A stretch of 55,322 bases of DNA from a virus (lineage: Duplodnaviria > Caudoviricetes), in IMG/VR virus record IMGVR_UViG_3300037584_004943, positions 1 to 55,322 of that record, one strand, 5' to 3'. Positions 25,501-35,199 of the stretch are shown piece after piece (the first letter of the stretch is position 1; the number at the start of each line of letters is the position of its first letter). Both the position numbers and the translations under genes were made by a program. A model generated the notes under the pieces. It worked only from the letters and a program-made list of their open reading frames with translations. It did no database searches and was not told the origin of the DNA.

Positions 25501-28500
25501 TACTAATGTTATAACGCCTGAGGGTGTTGAAGAAGTAGACTTTGATTCTACTTGTGACATATCAACTTCTATGGCTAAGCTAGATACTACTGGAACTTGG
25601 AAGATAAGAACACATTGTAGCTTTAAGTGTAGTAGAGCGTTAGCCGATTATTTCCCAGGCGATGGGACCAATCATTCCAGATGGGGAATTTTTAAAGAAC
25701 ATCCGGCTAGACTAGCTATTTACAGATGTGACGACAATGGAGTGCCATTTGGATTACCTTTAGCTTATTCTGCTTGGAACACGGCTGGAGGTAGAACCAA
25801 TCAAATGGGTGACATAAATGATCCTAAAGTAGAGTACAACATGCCTTTCAGCGGGCAAGGAGCCGCAGGTCAAGTTAATACACAGACAGACTTTGAAGGT
25901 AATGAAAGTAATATAACATATAGTGGAATTTTAAACAACGAAGGAACTTCATATTCAACTGCAAATAAAGCTTTTAGAGGTCTTTACTTAGAAGCAGATA
26001 TAATTTGCCAAGAGGCAGATGATATAACTCAACAAAATGTAATTGCTAAAAACACTAATATATGTGTTTGTATGGAAGTTGAGCCAATAGGTTATTCTTA
26101 TTTTGAAGGATCAGTTGGTGATTGGACAAATCCTTGGAATGGCGTTGATGATTTTTTATCTGGTCTTGATACAATTGTTTGCGGCGAGGGACTAGAAAAC
26201 CAACCTATAGTATTCTGTAGTATTAATGATACTTCTGAAGGAGAAGGATTCGGTGCTTATGTTAATAGTAATATTCCTAACGATTTTGAAATACCAGAAG
26301 GAACTTATAAATATATAAAAGGTAACGCTAGGTTTAGAATAATACAATCACCTTTATCCGATGTCGAAGTTTCAGCTACCCCAGCTAAACCTTCTGTAAA
26401 ATCTAATAGATCTTACCAAGTAGGATATGCTTACATAGACAAGTACGGTAGAGAGTCTTCTATATTAGTAGATGAAGACTCTTTCATAAGCATACCTAAT
26501 AGTAATTCTAAAAACTTCAACGCTATAGGCGTTAATATAACTTCTGAATTTCCTATTTGGGCTAAATACTACAAGTATTATATTAGAGAGATAACTGATA
26601 GATTTTATAACGTAGCTGTACATAAAATGTACGACAACAATGATGCTGGTGGTAGTGTATTTGCTTGGCTTAGTTTTAACAGCGCTGAGATAAACAAAAT
26701 ACAACTAAACGATAAACTTTTAGTAAAGAAAAAACACGGATCTAATGAGTTTTTAAATGAAAGAGTTGTTACTAGGGTTGTAGATATTTCTAACCAAGTT
26801 CCTGTGGGTAGTGATGGAACTGACATTTTTGACGCTGTAGATGGTGTAGCTGAATCTATAAATGAAGCTGATCAAGTTGGTAAGTTTTTTGTTAAGGTTA
26901 AACTTTCAACAGCGTTAAAAAACGCGTTAGTACCCGATAGCGTAGACTTAGATACTGATGAGGATGGCAGTATAAATGAAGAGTTTTTTGCATATATGCA
27001 AGATACCTTAAACACTATATCTGGTGCTGTTGTAGAAGTGTTACCAAAGTCTACAAAAATAGAAACTGAGCAAGATGAACTTTTTGGATTTTTCTACGAG
27101 GCATCTCAAGCATATCCAATTAGATTAAACGGTTCAGAAGCGGAAACTTATATACCTATAGGTAGCACAATATCTTTAAGTATCCCTGGACAATTGACAT
27201 ACGGAGCTAGTGTACACGCTACGGTACAAGCGTTTAACTCTGAAAAAAATATTGTTAAGAGAGTAGTAGGAGCTTTAACTAATGGAGTGATAGATGAGTT
27301 GCAAGGCAACGAAGATGCCTCTTGTAAAGTTTTACATGCGTCTAACACTTTAGATGGTTTACAAAGTTTAAGTGCAGTTCCTATAATAGCTATTTTCACA
27401 AGACCAGATGGCAGCTCTGTAAGAGCGCTTCTTTCTTCCGGTGTATCACAATCGAACGAATTAAAACTTCAAACCCTTACACATGGCCAAAAACACGTTT
27501 TGTCTTGGAACAACTGCTACGCTTTTGGAAATGGCGTTGAGTCAGATTCTATACTAGACGTTTTTAACGAAACAACTCTTTATAAATACACACCTATAGG
27601 CAAGCAAAGTGGATTTAAAACTGCATTAGTTGAAGATGAATATAAAAGAGAACATAAATCTAATGATATAATATTTTCGCAACTATATAACGAAAACAGA
27701 GGCGTTGATGGTACTAATCAGTTTATAGCAGCAGACAACCCTATTAAAAAATTAGCTCCAGCACATGGTAGTATTCAAAAGCTTTTTGCTAGAGACAATG
27801 ACTTGCTAGCTCTTTGTGAAAATAAAATATTAAGAATACTTAGCTCTGGTAAAGACGCTCTATTTAATGCTGATGGTAACATGCAGGTTTTAGCTACCGC
27901 TAATGTTCTTGGGCAAGCTATACCTTTTGTTGGGGACTATGGTATATCTAAAAACCCAGAATCATTCGCAGCTGATGAATATAGATGTTATTTTACAGAT
28001 AGAGATAGAGGCGCTGTGTTAAGATTATCAAGAGATGGTCTAACACCTATCAACTTAGCTGGTATGAAGGATTGGTTTGCTGATAATTTAAAGCATGCAG
28101 ACGTTGCCATTGGTAGCTTTGATGGTAAAAAAGATGAATACAATATTAGCATTCATTCTTCCTACGCTCCTAATAGTAAGAAAGATGTATACACATTAAG
28201 TTTTAACGAAGGTATTGATGGTTGGGTAAGCTTTAAGTCTTTTATACAAGAGTCTGGATGTAGCTTAAACAATAAATACTACACTTTTAAAAATGGTGGT
28301 ATTTATTTACATCATCCAGAAGATTTAGCAACCGATGTTAATAGAAATTTATTCTATAGCAGCGCTAGGGGTACAACAAGCGGAACGCACGCTATTCAAG
28401 GTAACTCTACAGTAACACCAATAATTAATGATTCTCCAGATACAGTAAAGTCTTTTAAAACGTTAAATTATGAAGGATCGCAAGCAAAGATAATATTAGC

Positions 28501-28894
28501 TAATGCTGATTTAGATGGGCTTGGTAACGACAATGTTAACTACTTTGATAATTATCAAGATGATGCAGTGTCTAACGGGTGGTACGTAGAAAGTATTACT
28601 ACAGATCTTCAAGATGGCCAAGTAACAGAGTTTATTAAAAAAGAAAACAAGTGGTTCAACTACATACAAGGTACGGAATCTACGTTTACCAACAACGCTG
28701 ATTCTTTAGGAGCCGGCGCTAGTGGAACTTTAGATTTTGCAGAGTTTTCTACCCAAGGTGTTGGTACAATATCATCTATAATGACTATTAGTGGAACAAT
28801 GGCTGAAGGTTTTGATTTAATAATAAACTCAGCAGAAGGAGATGGTTGGTCGACAGATGGTTTAGCAATATCAAACATTACTGAAATAACATAA
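22580..28894 (+). CDS. tail nozzle/stabilisation protein (large, with insertions)
   Basis: F..G.MNKDLDER...GEYRDALN N-terminus; LFFTD..TEP.KIN; FAYRYKY.DGE.S; YGIS.NPESF; GWVSF. Confidence 0.75.
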   Translation: MPELKRNFLKGRMNKDLDERLISNGEYRDALNIQVSTSEGSNVGTAQNVKGNLKVGVDAGFSAQANVVRLGVPAALGLSDFEAVSLSGFETQLRNIDSANTVGSFKHQTTGKVYNFVNNAVDLYTSNNISPGEAAASLTPYGYDNDMSPESTYSGTGTRKEGIRYDAIFEYTPSVNDDEGTYKTIFRDVYEVRFAPQNTAYFTLNAAGVATDVIVKAPMHLGATEELATDNIISGFPTETCTDENGNTYVKALGVKKGMRAKCIGPNGDDLWGFSEVRVTDVPLLNSFYFEGRGAVIITSLSNEVHYNTEIRNAGYVIQFTSDRVLNFESGNKEVETNTTAQNSTFTPKNKIITGINIIDDLLFFTDGRTEPKKINIKRSLEGTDQKKYSHTRLEKSIYSTPVSEEHVTVIKKNPTTPPLVELKNTITRSGDVYMEANNGIYDGESVGTNGNVNALAYYSEATTSIVRSYTGNNSDSLDFVGGLLAFVKANGDPNQPGDQKYIYLDEGNVHWRPNDEIKLTGLTTGSVVTVRIRLNANGTARRWSEGGIFRRMNVEVVANDPNTVFNQQGEIWFGELADSSSKNFYDEKFVSFAYRYKYIDGEISCISPYSTPAFLPGRYSYNSLQAANEGMENNIDSIVLKNFVPSNISENVQEIQLLYRDHEFDTTHIFKTVEKGEYDFTYSSYDSEGNYSPQAKGCITINTELFGQMIPVLQLDRIFDDVPISARAQEFSAGRLMFGNYIKDYNITNPFGEKIQPSLNYTLGTNEFQTLDISYSKTGFLKSNATEHRGNVLNEFDDSGDPVIRNYQSLEGSTLKGLIDTDMGGTAANGEGLISNHKIGGGLERIPNILVNSIPELNDDNSDTTSSDGKPTKAHWPIGTWSEAPNQGDLDFGSGHYPEINGLLNNEAILIDKNDIRANYDLKDQLDNGSSWYNQAVNIIEGVNDFNNPKWWGRWKFKINFSDELIDAGNIFSTNVITPEGVEEVDFDSTCDISTSMAKLDTTGTWKIRTHCSFKCSRALADYFPGDGTNHSRWGIFKEHPARLAIYRCDDNGVPFGLPLAYSAWNTAGGRTNQMGDINDPKVEYNMPFSGQGAAGQVNTQTDFEGNESNITYSGILNNEGTSYSTANKAFRGLYLEADIICQEADDITQQNVIAKNTNICVCMEVEPIGYSYFEGSVGDWTNPWNGVDDFLSGLDTIVCGEGLENQPIVFCSINDTSEGEGFGAYVNSNIPNDFEIPEGTYKYIKGNARFRIIQSPLSDVEVSATPAKPSVKSNRSYQVGYAYIDKYGRESSILVDEDSFISIPNSNSKNFNAIGVNITSEFPIWAKYYKYYIREITDRFYNVAVHKMYDNNDAGGSVFAWLSFNSAEINKIQLNDKLLVKKKHGSNEFLNERVVTRVVDISNQVPVGSDGTDIFDAVDGVAESINEADQVGKFFVKVKLSTALKNALVPDSVDLDTDEDGSINEEFFAYMQDTLNTISGAVVEVLPKSTKIETEQDELFGFFYEASQAYPIRLNGSEAETYIPIGSTISLSIPGQLTYGASVHATVQAFNSEKNIVKRVVGALTNGVIDELQGNEDASCKVLHASNTLDGLQSLSAVPIIAIFTRPDGSSVRALLSSGVSQSNELKLQTLTHGQKHVLSWNNCYAFGNGVESDSILDVFNETTLYKYTPIGKQSGFKTALVEDEYKREHKSNDIIFSQLYNENRGVDGTNQFIAADNPIKKLAPAHGSIQKLFARDNDLLALCENKILRILSSGKDALFNADGNMQVLATANVLGQAIPFVGDYGISKNPESFAADEYRCYFTDRDRGAVLRLSRDGLTPINLAGMKDWFADNLKHADVAIGSFDGKKDEYNISIHSSYAPNSKKDVYTLSFNEGIDGWVSFKSFIQESGCSLNNKYYTFKNGGIYLHHPEDLATDVNRNLFYSSARGTTSGTHAIQGNSTVTPIINDSPDTVKSFKTLNYEGSQAKIILANADLDGLGNDNVNYFDNYQDDAVSNGWYVESITTDLQDGQVTEFIKKENKWFNYIQGTESTFTNNADSLGAGASGTLDFAEFSTQGVGTISSIMTISGTMAEGFDLIINSAEGDGWSTDGLAISNITEIT

Positions 28895-28900
28895 TAAATT

Positions 28901-31900
28901 ATGCCTGCAACAACAAATACATTTATAATAAATCCAGAACCTGGACACCCAATAGCAGCGTCACAGTTTCCTCCGATAGTAGGAGACGGTGTTTTATATA
29001 GCGGTGTTACTTTTTCAGATACAGGCACGCCTTTTACAGATTCTAACACTGTTCAAGCTACTGTCGCATGGATACCAGATTCTAGCTATGATGGAACAGG
29101 ATCTCCAATAGATTTACCTTGGCCTAGTGTAGTGCTAGAAGAAGGTGCTCCATTTTTTGCTATATTAAAAGTGCACGCTGGTGTTTTAGACGGTGACGTT
29201 ATTGTAACACCTGAATTTACAATAACAAATTTAAGTGACAATCTTTTTGCTAATCCCATATCAGCTGATTCTAGTTCTATAACATCATATATAGTATCTG
29301 GAGTTGTTCCGCAAGACGAAGAAGTAAATATATGTAGCATTGTTTTTAATGAAAAACTAGACTCAACTGGCGGCTCGATGGAAACTATAGCGCCTAACAA
29401 CGTAGGGTATATGTTACAGAGCTCGTTGGGAGGATCTCCGGGTGATGCTGAAGGTACAGGTTTTTCTTTTAGTCAAAATCTTTCTGAGCAAAGCGAACAA
29501 CCGTTTTATCTTACTTTCGATGTAAAGTACAATACTAGTTCAGATCTTGATCTGCAAGAAGGTCATGTTTTAATGGTTCAACCAGAGTATCAAACCGTAG
29601 TGTATGGTTTTATAAACAACCAAGAAGAAGGTGATGGCACTTTTTTATATACAAACGTTTCTAATGACACGTTATTAGATGTGTCTTTTCCAGGAAATGA
29701 AAGAAGCGTAACATTACAAGCTAAAAACTTTAGCACCGTAGGTTCTTATATAAATAGCTTTTCCGATTTCAACATAAACGGTTGGGGATTTACTAATCCA
29801 GATCCTTTACCAACGGTGTCAATGACTGGTAGTGGCAACGTTAAAACGTTTACTTTTGATTTACCAGAAAATGAATATGAAACAGCTAGCGATAGAACTT
29901 TTAGAATATACGCTAAAAATCATTTGCAAAACGTTGCTAGTATTGATATTAAGCAAAGAACTGGAGCTTTCTTTGAAGTCACTAGCGCTTGGAGTGCTTC
30001 TAGCTACATGGCGCCACAAGGTTACGGTCAAGAGCACCCGAATACTGGTAGTGGTGCTGATTTAGAATCCTCAGCTTTACCACCTTGCCGTTATGCAGGC
30101 CACGATGAAATTGAGGTTGATGGTATTTCTATACCTGGGTTAAGAGTTAGAATATACCAGGGTGGCGATAGCGATATTAGTAGTATTATTACACCTAGCG
30201 CTGCTGATCAAGGTGTAGTGTTTAACAATTCAACTGGAAATTATGAAACTGGAGCATCAGCTACCACACCACAGATTGTAAAAATATTAATACAAGATAA
30301 TGATGGTAGTTATGTAAATTCTCTATTTTTACCACAAGAAGAGCAATGGCTTACTTTTGCAAAACCAGAAAATAATGTATCTTGGTATTACGGATTAGGA
30401 ACAATATTCACTGATAATCAATTTGAGTATTTTGTATATTTCAACGTAAAAGAAAGAACAGATACAAGTTCTGCGATAAGAACCGCTAAAATAATAATAA
30501 ATTCTACTTATGGATCTCTTGAAGAAACAGAAGAAATAATCGTAAAACAAACAAGTAGATTTAGTGGATCACTTTTTTTTAAAGAAGATCCTGATCAAGA
30601 AACCTTAGCAGATGGTACTCCCGTGTACGATAGCAATGGCGTTAGTTTAGGTAGTGAATTTAATTTACCTTCTCCAGGATCAAATACATTTCCAGGGCAT
30701 TATATTTTATTGAAAGCTACTCAAGCAAATACACCTGGAGCTTTTACTTGGGGCAGCTCTTTACCTTTCGCTGGTCACGATGGAGATGAAGGTGTTTATA
30801 ATGCTGAAACAGCTAGGCAAGTTAATATGCCATCAGGATCACAAGTTACACCAGTGGTAAAAGGTAGCGCGGCAAACAATGGCAGTATGGGCCCTGAGTT
30901 AATACAACCTCTATACAACGATTATGGTATTGATGGAGAACTTCCTTTATACCAACCGGCAACCTATCAAGACGATCCTTTTCTAGCTGGCTCTGCTTAT
31001 GATTACTATGTAAAAGTTCCTTACGTGCAAAACGATGCTGGTAGTTATGACTTGTATTTATATGGAGAAGAAGGATTTGTACAAGGTGAAAAAAAATATA
31101 CTATATCTGCCAGTCCTGGATATAATATTAATAGCTTGGGTGCAACCGACACTGTTACGCTAAAGCAAGCCTCGCCTCCACTAGCTTTCTTTTCTCACAA
31201 TAACTTAGATGGCGCTAATAGCGATGCTTTTTACGTTAACGCTACTGATGCTGAGGCTTATTTTGGTTATGACTCTTGGCCTGCTACTTCAGATTACGCG
31301 ACAGTTGTTTTTGAAAATCCTTTTTATTTAAACTACCTAGGAGCAATAAAAAATAATGACACTTCTGAAGCTACCTGTGAGTTGATAGGTAAGTGGAAAT
31401 TAGCTTTAGCGTCAAGTCCAGAGTTACCACCTAGTAGCGCTTATGCTGCAGATTTCACTTTAGGAGGAGATTTGAGTATGTACGTATTCCCAGATGGATA
31501 CCAAGAAGGTGGTTATCGAAAGGTAGGAGATTCTGGATTAACAATGGAAAAGACAACGAACTTTTCTACTTTAGTGCCCGATGGTCAAGGCTTTGTTACA
31601 GAGCTAACTAAAGCAGTTTTTAGTAGCTTAGGTTATAATAGTGATACATACCCTGTTTTCTATTTAATTGGAGTTAAGCCGCAAGGTTTTGAAGATTATA
31701 CAGATACAATGTGGGTTAGGCATGAGCCGTTTTTTACTCTTCAAGCAGATATTGGTGGCGTAGAAACTGGTTGGGGTTCTCCAGGTGGAATTTTAAAAGG
31801 TGTTTTGCAACTTAATAGAATAAACAATACTTTAGGAATTGGAAATATTCAATATGGCTACAAGTGGATAGAGTTTGATTTAGATGAAGCTAATTGGATA

Positions 31901-32578
31901 GAAAGCAACCAATATGGACTTGGTGGTGATACATATGACTTTATAATAGATAGAAACTACGCTTCCACAAGTGTTGGTTATGGAGGCTCTAAGAGTATAA
32001 CTGAATATAATTTCTTTCAGCACGAGGAGGAAGTTGATTTTGGGTTTACCACTCAGACCACCTACCATGTTTCTACTTTTAATGATTATCCTTCGGTTCC
32101 GCTTAACTGTATGATTATACCTATAGATTACTTTGGTCCTGATAAACCATTAGTTGAAAACGTTATACATTTACAAGCTACAGAAGATTTTTATGGAGAG
32201 ATTGCGGGTGGTGATGGATGGTCTACTCAAAGTAATTTTAACAGCATGGTTGCGGTTACAAGCGGGCTATCAACACCTGTTGTAGTTGATCCAGATGAAA
32301 CTGTTACATATACAGCAAACGGCTCAACAGATTTAACTTTTACAAATCCTTACGCAACACCTGTGGTTTTGATAACTAAAAAATCACCAGGTGAGTTTAC
32401 GAATACTAGAGCTGTTATGTTTCAGCTAACGCCAGTAGGATTAAGCAACTCTACAGGTCAAGTACCAACTGGTTTAAATGAAGCTATAACTAGCATAGGT
32501 GGTAATGCTATTAGTGGCCCAAGAACTAACGCTTTAAATGTAGTTTGTAGAGTTCAAATTCAAGACTTACCATTTTAG
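28901..32578 (+). CDS. putative tail fibre/appendage protein
   Basis: 1225 aa, acidic, S/T/G/Y-rich beta composition; follows nozzle gene. Confidence 0.55.
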   Translation: MPATTNTFIINPEPGHPIAASQFPPIVGDGVLYSGVTFSDTGTPFTDSNTVQATVAWIPDSSYDGTGSPIDLPWPSVVLEEGAPFFAILKVHAGVLDGDVIVTPEFTITNLSDNLFANPISADSSSITSYIVSGVVPQDEEVNICSIVFNEKLDSTGGSMETIAPNNVGYMLQSSLGGSPGDAEGTGFSFSQNLSEQSEQPFYLTFDVKYNTSSDLDLQEGHVLMVQPEYQTVVYGFINNQEEGDGTFLYTNVSNDTLLDVSFPGNERSVTLQAKNFSTVGSYINSFSDFNINGWGFTNPDPLPTVSMTGSGNVKTFTFDLPENEYETASDRTFRIYAKNHLQNVASIDIKQRTGAFFEVTSAWSASSYMAPQGYGQEHPNTGSGADLESSALPPCRYAGHDEIEVDGISIPGLRVRIYQGGDSDISSIITPSAADQGVVFNNSTGNYETGASATTPQIVKILIQDNDGSYVNSLFLPQEEQWLTFAKPENNVSWYYGLGTIFTDNQFEYFVYFNVKERTDTSSAIRTAKIIINSTYGSLEETEEIIVKQTSRFSGSLFFKEDPDQETLADGTPVYDSNGVSLGSEFNLPSPGSNTFPGHYILLKATQANTPGAFTWGSSLPFAGHDGDEGVYNAETARQVNMPSGSQVTPVVKGSAANNGSMGPELIQPLYNDYGIDGELPLYQPATYQDDPFLAGSAYDYYVKVPYVQNDAGSYDLYLYGEEGFVQGEKKYTISASPGYNINSLGATDTVTLKQASPPLAFFSHNNLDGANSDAFYVNATDAEAYFGYDSWPATSDYATVVFENPFYLNYLGAIKNNDTSEATCELIGKWKLALASSPELPPSSAYAADFTLGGDLSMYVFPDGYQEGGYRKVGDSGLTMEKTTNFSTLVPDGQGFVTELTKAVFSSLGYNSDTYPVFYLIGVKPQGFEDYTDTMWVRHEPFFTLQADIGGVETGWGSPGGILKGVLQLNRINNTLGIGNIQYGYKWIEFDLDEANWIESNQYGLGGDTYDFIIDRNYASTSVGYGGSKSITEYNFFQHEEEVDFGFTTQTTYHVSTFNDYPSVPLNCMIIPIDYFGPDKPLVENVIHLQATEDFYGEIAGGDGWSTQSNFNSMVAVTSGLSTPVVVDPDETVTYTANGSTDLTFTNPYATPVVLITKKSPGEFTNTRAVMFQLTPVGLSNSTGQVPTGLNEAITSIGGNAISGPRTNALNVVCRVQIQDLPF

Positions 32579-32619
32579 TATGAACGTCTGACTTATCTTA
32601 ATGTTAAAATAAAATAAAT

Positions 32620-33051
32620 ATGGCGGTATTAGCAATAAAAATAAATGGAGATGATATAAACGTGTCAGCACAGGTTGGTGATGTGGTTTATTACTCTGCA
32701 GTATCTGACTTTACTCAGACATCGATAAATACTCCTAACTTTTCTGGAGCTTGGACATCTGGCAACACTTCTACTAGCACACCTTATGTTACTAATAGTA
32801 ACTCGCTAAACACGGTAAAGCACTTAGGAACAATACTAGCTTTACCTGGAAATAACGTTATTGTTGTTGAAACTGCTAGTGTAAATGTAGCTGCGCCTAG
32901 TGCTAGTGATTTTATATTTATTGGAAAAGATAACAAAGTTAATATAGGAGATTTAAAAGGATATTACGCAGAAGTTAAATTTGTAAATGACTCTACTACT
33001 GAAGCTGAGTTGTTTACTATTAGTACAGAGGTAGCGCAAAGTAGTAAATAG
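32620..33051 (+). CDS. putative tail protein
   Basis: INVSAQVGD.VYY ... LKGYYAEV...ELF. Confidence 0.6.
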   Translation: MAVLAIKINGDDINVSAQVGDVVYYSAVSDFTQTSINTPNFSGAWTSGNTSTSTPYVTNSNSLNTVKHLGTILALPGNNVIVVETASVNVAAPSASDFIFIGKDNKVNIGDLKGYYAEVKFVNDSTTEAELFTISTEVAQSSK

Positions 33052-33091
33052 AGCGCATTAAATGTAATTATAACACAGTAAACATTACAAT

Positions 33092-33793
33092 ATGAAATAT
33101 AATAGACCGTTTAAACAAAAGCAAGGTTATGGAGGAGAGTGGAGTGAGATGAGCACTGGCGCTAAGGCAGCAACTATGTTAACGGGTGTTGTTGGTCTTT
33201 ATAGTAGAATCGGAGCTAAAGGAAGAGCTAAACGTAAAAAAGAACAAGCTGACGCGCAAGATGCTTTTAATCAACAGATGCAGGCTTATCAAGATTTTCA
33301 GTTTGAAAATCCTTACGCAAATATGGAAAACCAGTTCGCTGGCATGGAAAATCCTTACGAGGATTTACGTGTAGATACAACAGCTCAAGAATTAGCAGGG
33401 GCGCAATATGCTCAATCTCTAGCTAATATATCTGGAGCTATGGACCCTAGTAATGTTGGTCAATTTATTAGAGGAGCAGGCCAACAAGCCGCTCAAACGA
33501 GAGCCCAAACAGCACAACAAGAAATGGCAAACCAAAGATTGGCTGCGCAAGGTGCCGCTGACGTACAGTTAAGAGAGCGTATGGGTCAAGCTGATGTTGA
33601 CAGAATGCAAGCTGAGGGCGCTATGGCCGTACAAGGAATGGAATTTGGTAGACAAGAATCTATATTAGGCATGGCTTCTGGTAGAATGCAAGCTGCTAAT
33701 GAAGCTAGACAAAGAAATACAGAAATGTGGATGAATTTTGGTGGTCAAGCAATTGGCGCAGCTGGGCAGGTAGCGGGTGCTGTAGCTGGATAG
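33092..33793 (+). CDS. putative ejected internal virion protein
   Basis: Q/A/G/M-rich helical; ENPY repeats; Gly-rich hydrophobic ends. Confidence 0.6.
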   Translation: MKYNRPFKQKQGYGGEWSEMSTGAKAATMLTGVVGLYSRIGAKGRAKRKKEQADAQDAFNQQMQAYQDFQFENPYANMENQFAGMENPYEDLRVDTTAQELAGAQYAQSLANISGAMDPSNVGQFIRGAGQQAAQTRAQTAQQEMANQRLAAQGAADVQLRERMGQADVDRMQAEGAMAVQGMEFGRQESILGMASGRMQAANEARQRNTEMWMNFGGQAIGAAGQVAGAVAG

Positions 33794-33814
33794 TAGACTT
33801 TAAACAACTAAGTA

Positions 33815-35188
33815 ATGACTAAAAATAAAAAATCTCCAATGAAATATAATGCAGCTCTAGTGGATGCTGTAAGTAGAGCTTATGCTAGCGAAGGTAATAT
33901 GTTTACTGAAAAAGCTATGCAGAGCTTAACAAAACCTATGTTTGGCACCATCAGTAAAATGGCAGAGGCTACCGCTGAGGCTGCTAAAAAAGCTGGAGCT
34001 TTAAACGCTACCATGGGTAGTAAAATTAAAGGATTAGATGGTGTACACCCTAAAATAACAGACACTATATTAAAACTACAAGGCGAGGCTAATCAAGCAG
34101 AGATTAACGCTGGTAAGGTCATACAGTCTGGAGGAAATAGACAAAAATCTTTGCAAGATATGCAAATTGTTGGTAAAAAACTAGACACTTTAATAGAGGC
34201 TGATGAGCATATAAAATCATTGCAAGCTCACGCTTTAGAAAACAAGTTGAATAGATCTAAGTCGTTAAACAAAGAAAATGAGATATTGTGGAACCAAGTT
34301 GCCAGTGGTAATATATGGAACATGCTATCATATAATGAAGAGACTGGGTCTATGATGATACAAAACCCTATGGGTGGTCAAGGTGACTTAATGGACATTA
34401 GAGATTTACAGGTTATGCCTACTTTCGATATTAAGTACTTAGACAACGACTCTAAAACTAAAAAGCAAATGAAACAGTTTGCGAAAAACGAAGGATACAC
34501 TAGAGAAGAAGCTGAGCAAGAAGCTAGAGTAATGACTAAAAAGCTTTTCGCACTCCACGACGGAGATGATATGTATGATGATCCTGATTTTGACGAATTT
34601 GCTAAAACATTATATGGTAATCCAGATATAGAACCAACAGGAGAAAAGTGGATTGATAATGCTAACGATGCTTTAATGCAGGGGGCTGGCTCTGAATTTT
34701 TTGAAGCACACACTACGTTTGGTGATGATGACGATAGATCAGAAGATCTTAGAAGAAATACTTTAGTAAACGGTATGAAGTCTGTAGATTTGAGCGAGTC
34801 TTTTATGGAGTTTAAAACTAAAAAGCTCATGGAGGCTTATGATAACGTTATTATACAAAAAGAAACTAAAGAAAACAATAGCTTAATCACAGAAGAAAAC
34901 GATAAAACATATCCCGTATATACATACAACAAGCAAGGTACTTACATGGGCGCTGCTCAGAAAACAGCTGGTGAAGTAAGATCTATGTTTGATATAGATT
35001 CTGGTGATTTTTCTTTTGGTAAACGCCGCGTGAAAGTTAAAACTGGTAGCAAAGGAGATAGAATTTGGCAAATTTACGATATAAGCGGTACAGAACAATT
35101 GCCTGGTAAGGTATATCGTAAATTAGAAGATGTTTTAAATGACTTTGCGCCATACGCCGCTAAAACAACTACATCAAAACTTCCTTAA
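33815..35188 (+). CDS. putative internal virion protein
   Basis: 457-aa helical protein between two internal protein genes. Confidence 0.55.
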   Translation: MTKNKKSPMKYNAALVDAVSRAYASEGNMFTEKAMQSLTKPMFGTISKMAEATAEAAKKAGALNATMGSKIKGLDGVHPKITDTILKLQGEANQAEINAGKVIQSGGNRQKSLQDMQIVGKKLDTLIEADEHIKSLQAHALENKLNRSKSLNKENEILWNQVASGNIWNMLSYNEETGSMMIQNPMGGQGDLMDIRDLQVMPTFDIKYLDNDSKTKKQMKQFAKNEGYTREEAEQEARVMTKKLFALHDGDDMYDDPDFDEFAKTLYGNPDIEPTGEKWIDNANDALMQGAGSEFFEAHTTFGDDDDRSEDLRRNTLVNGMKSVDLSESFMEFKTKKLMEAYDNVIIQKETKENNSLITEENDKTYPVYTYNKQGTYMGAAQKTAGEVRSMFDIDSGDFSFGKRRVKVKTGSKGDRIWQIYDISGTEQLPGKVYRKLEDVLNDFAPYAAKTTTSKLP

Positions 35189-35199
35189 TAATATAAAAT

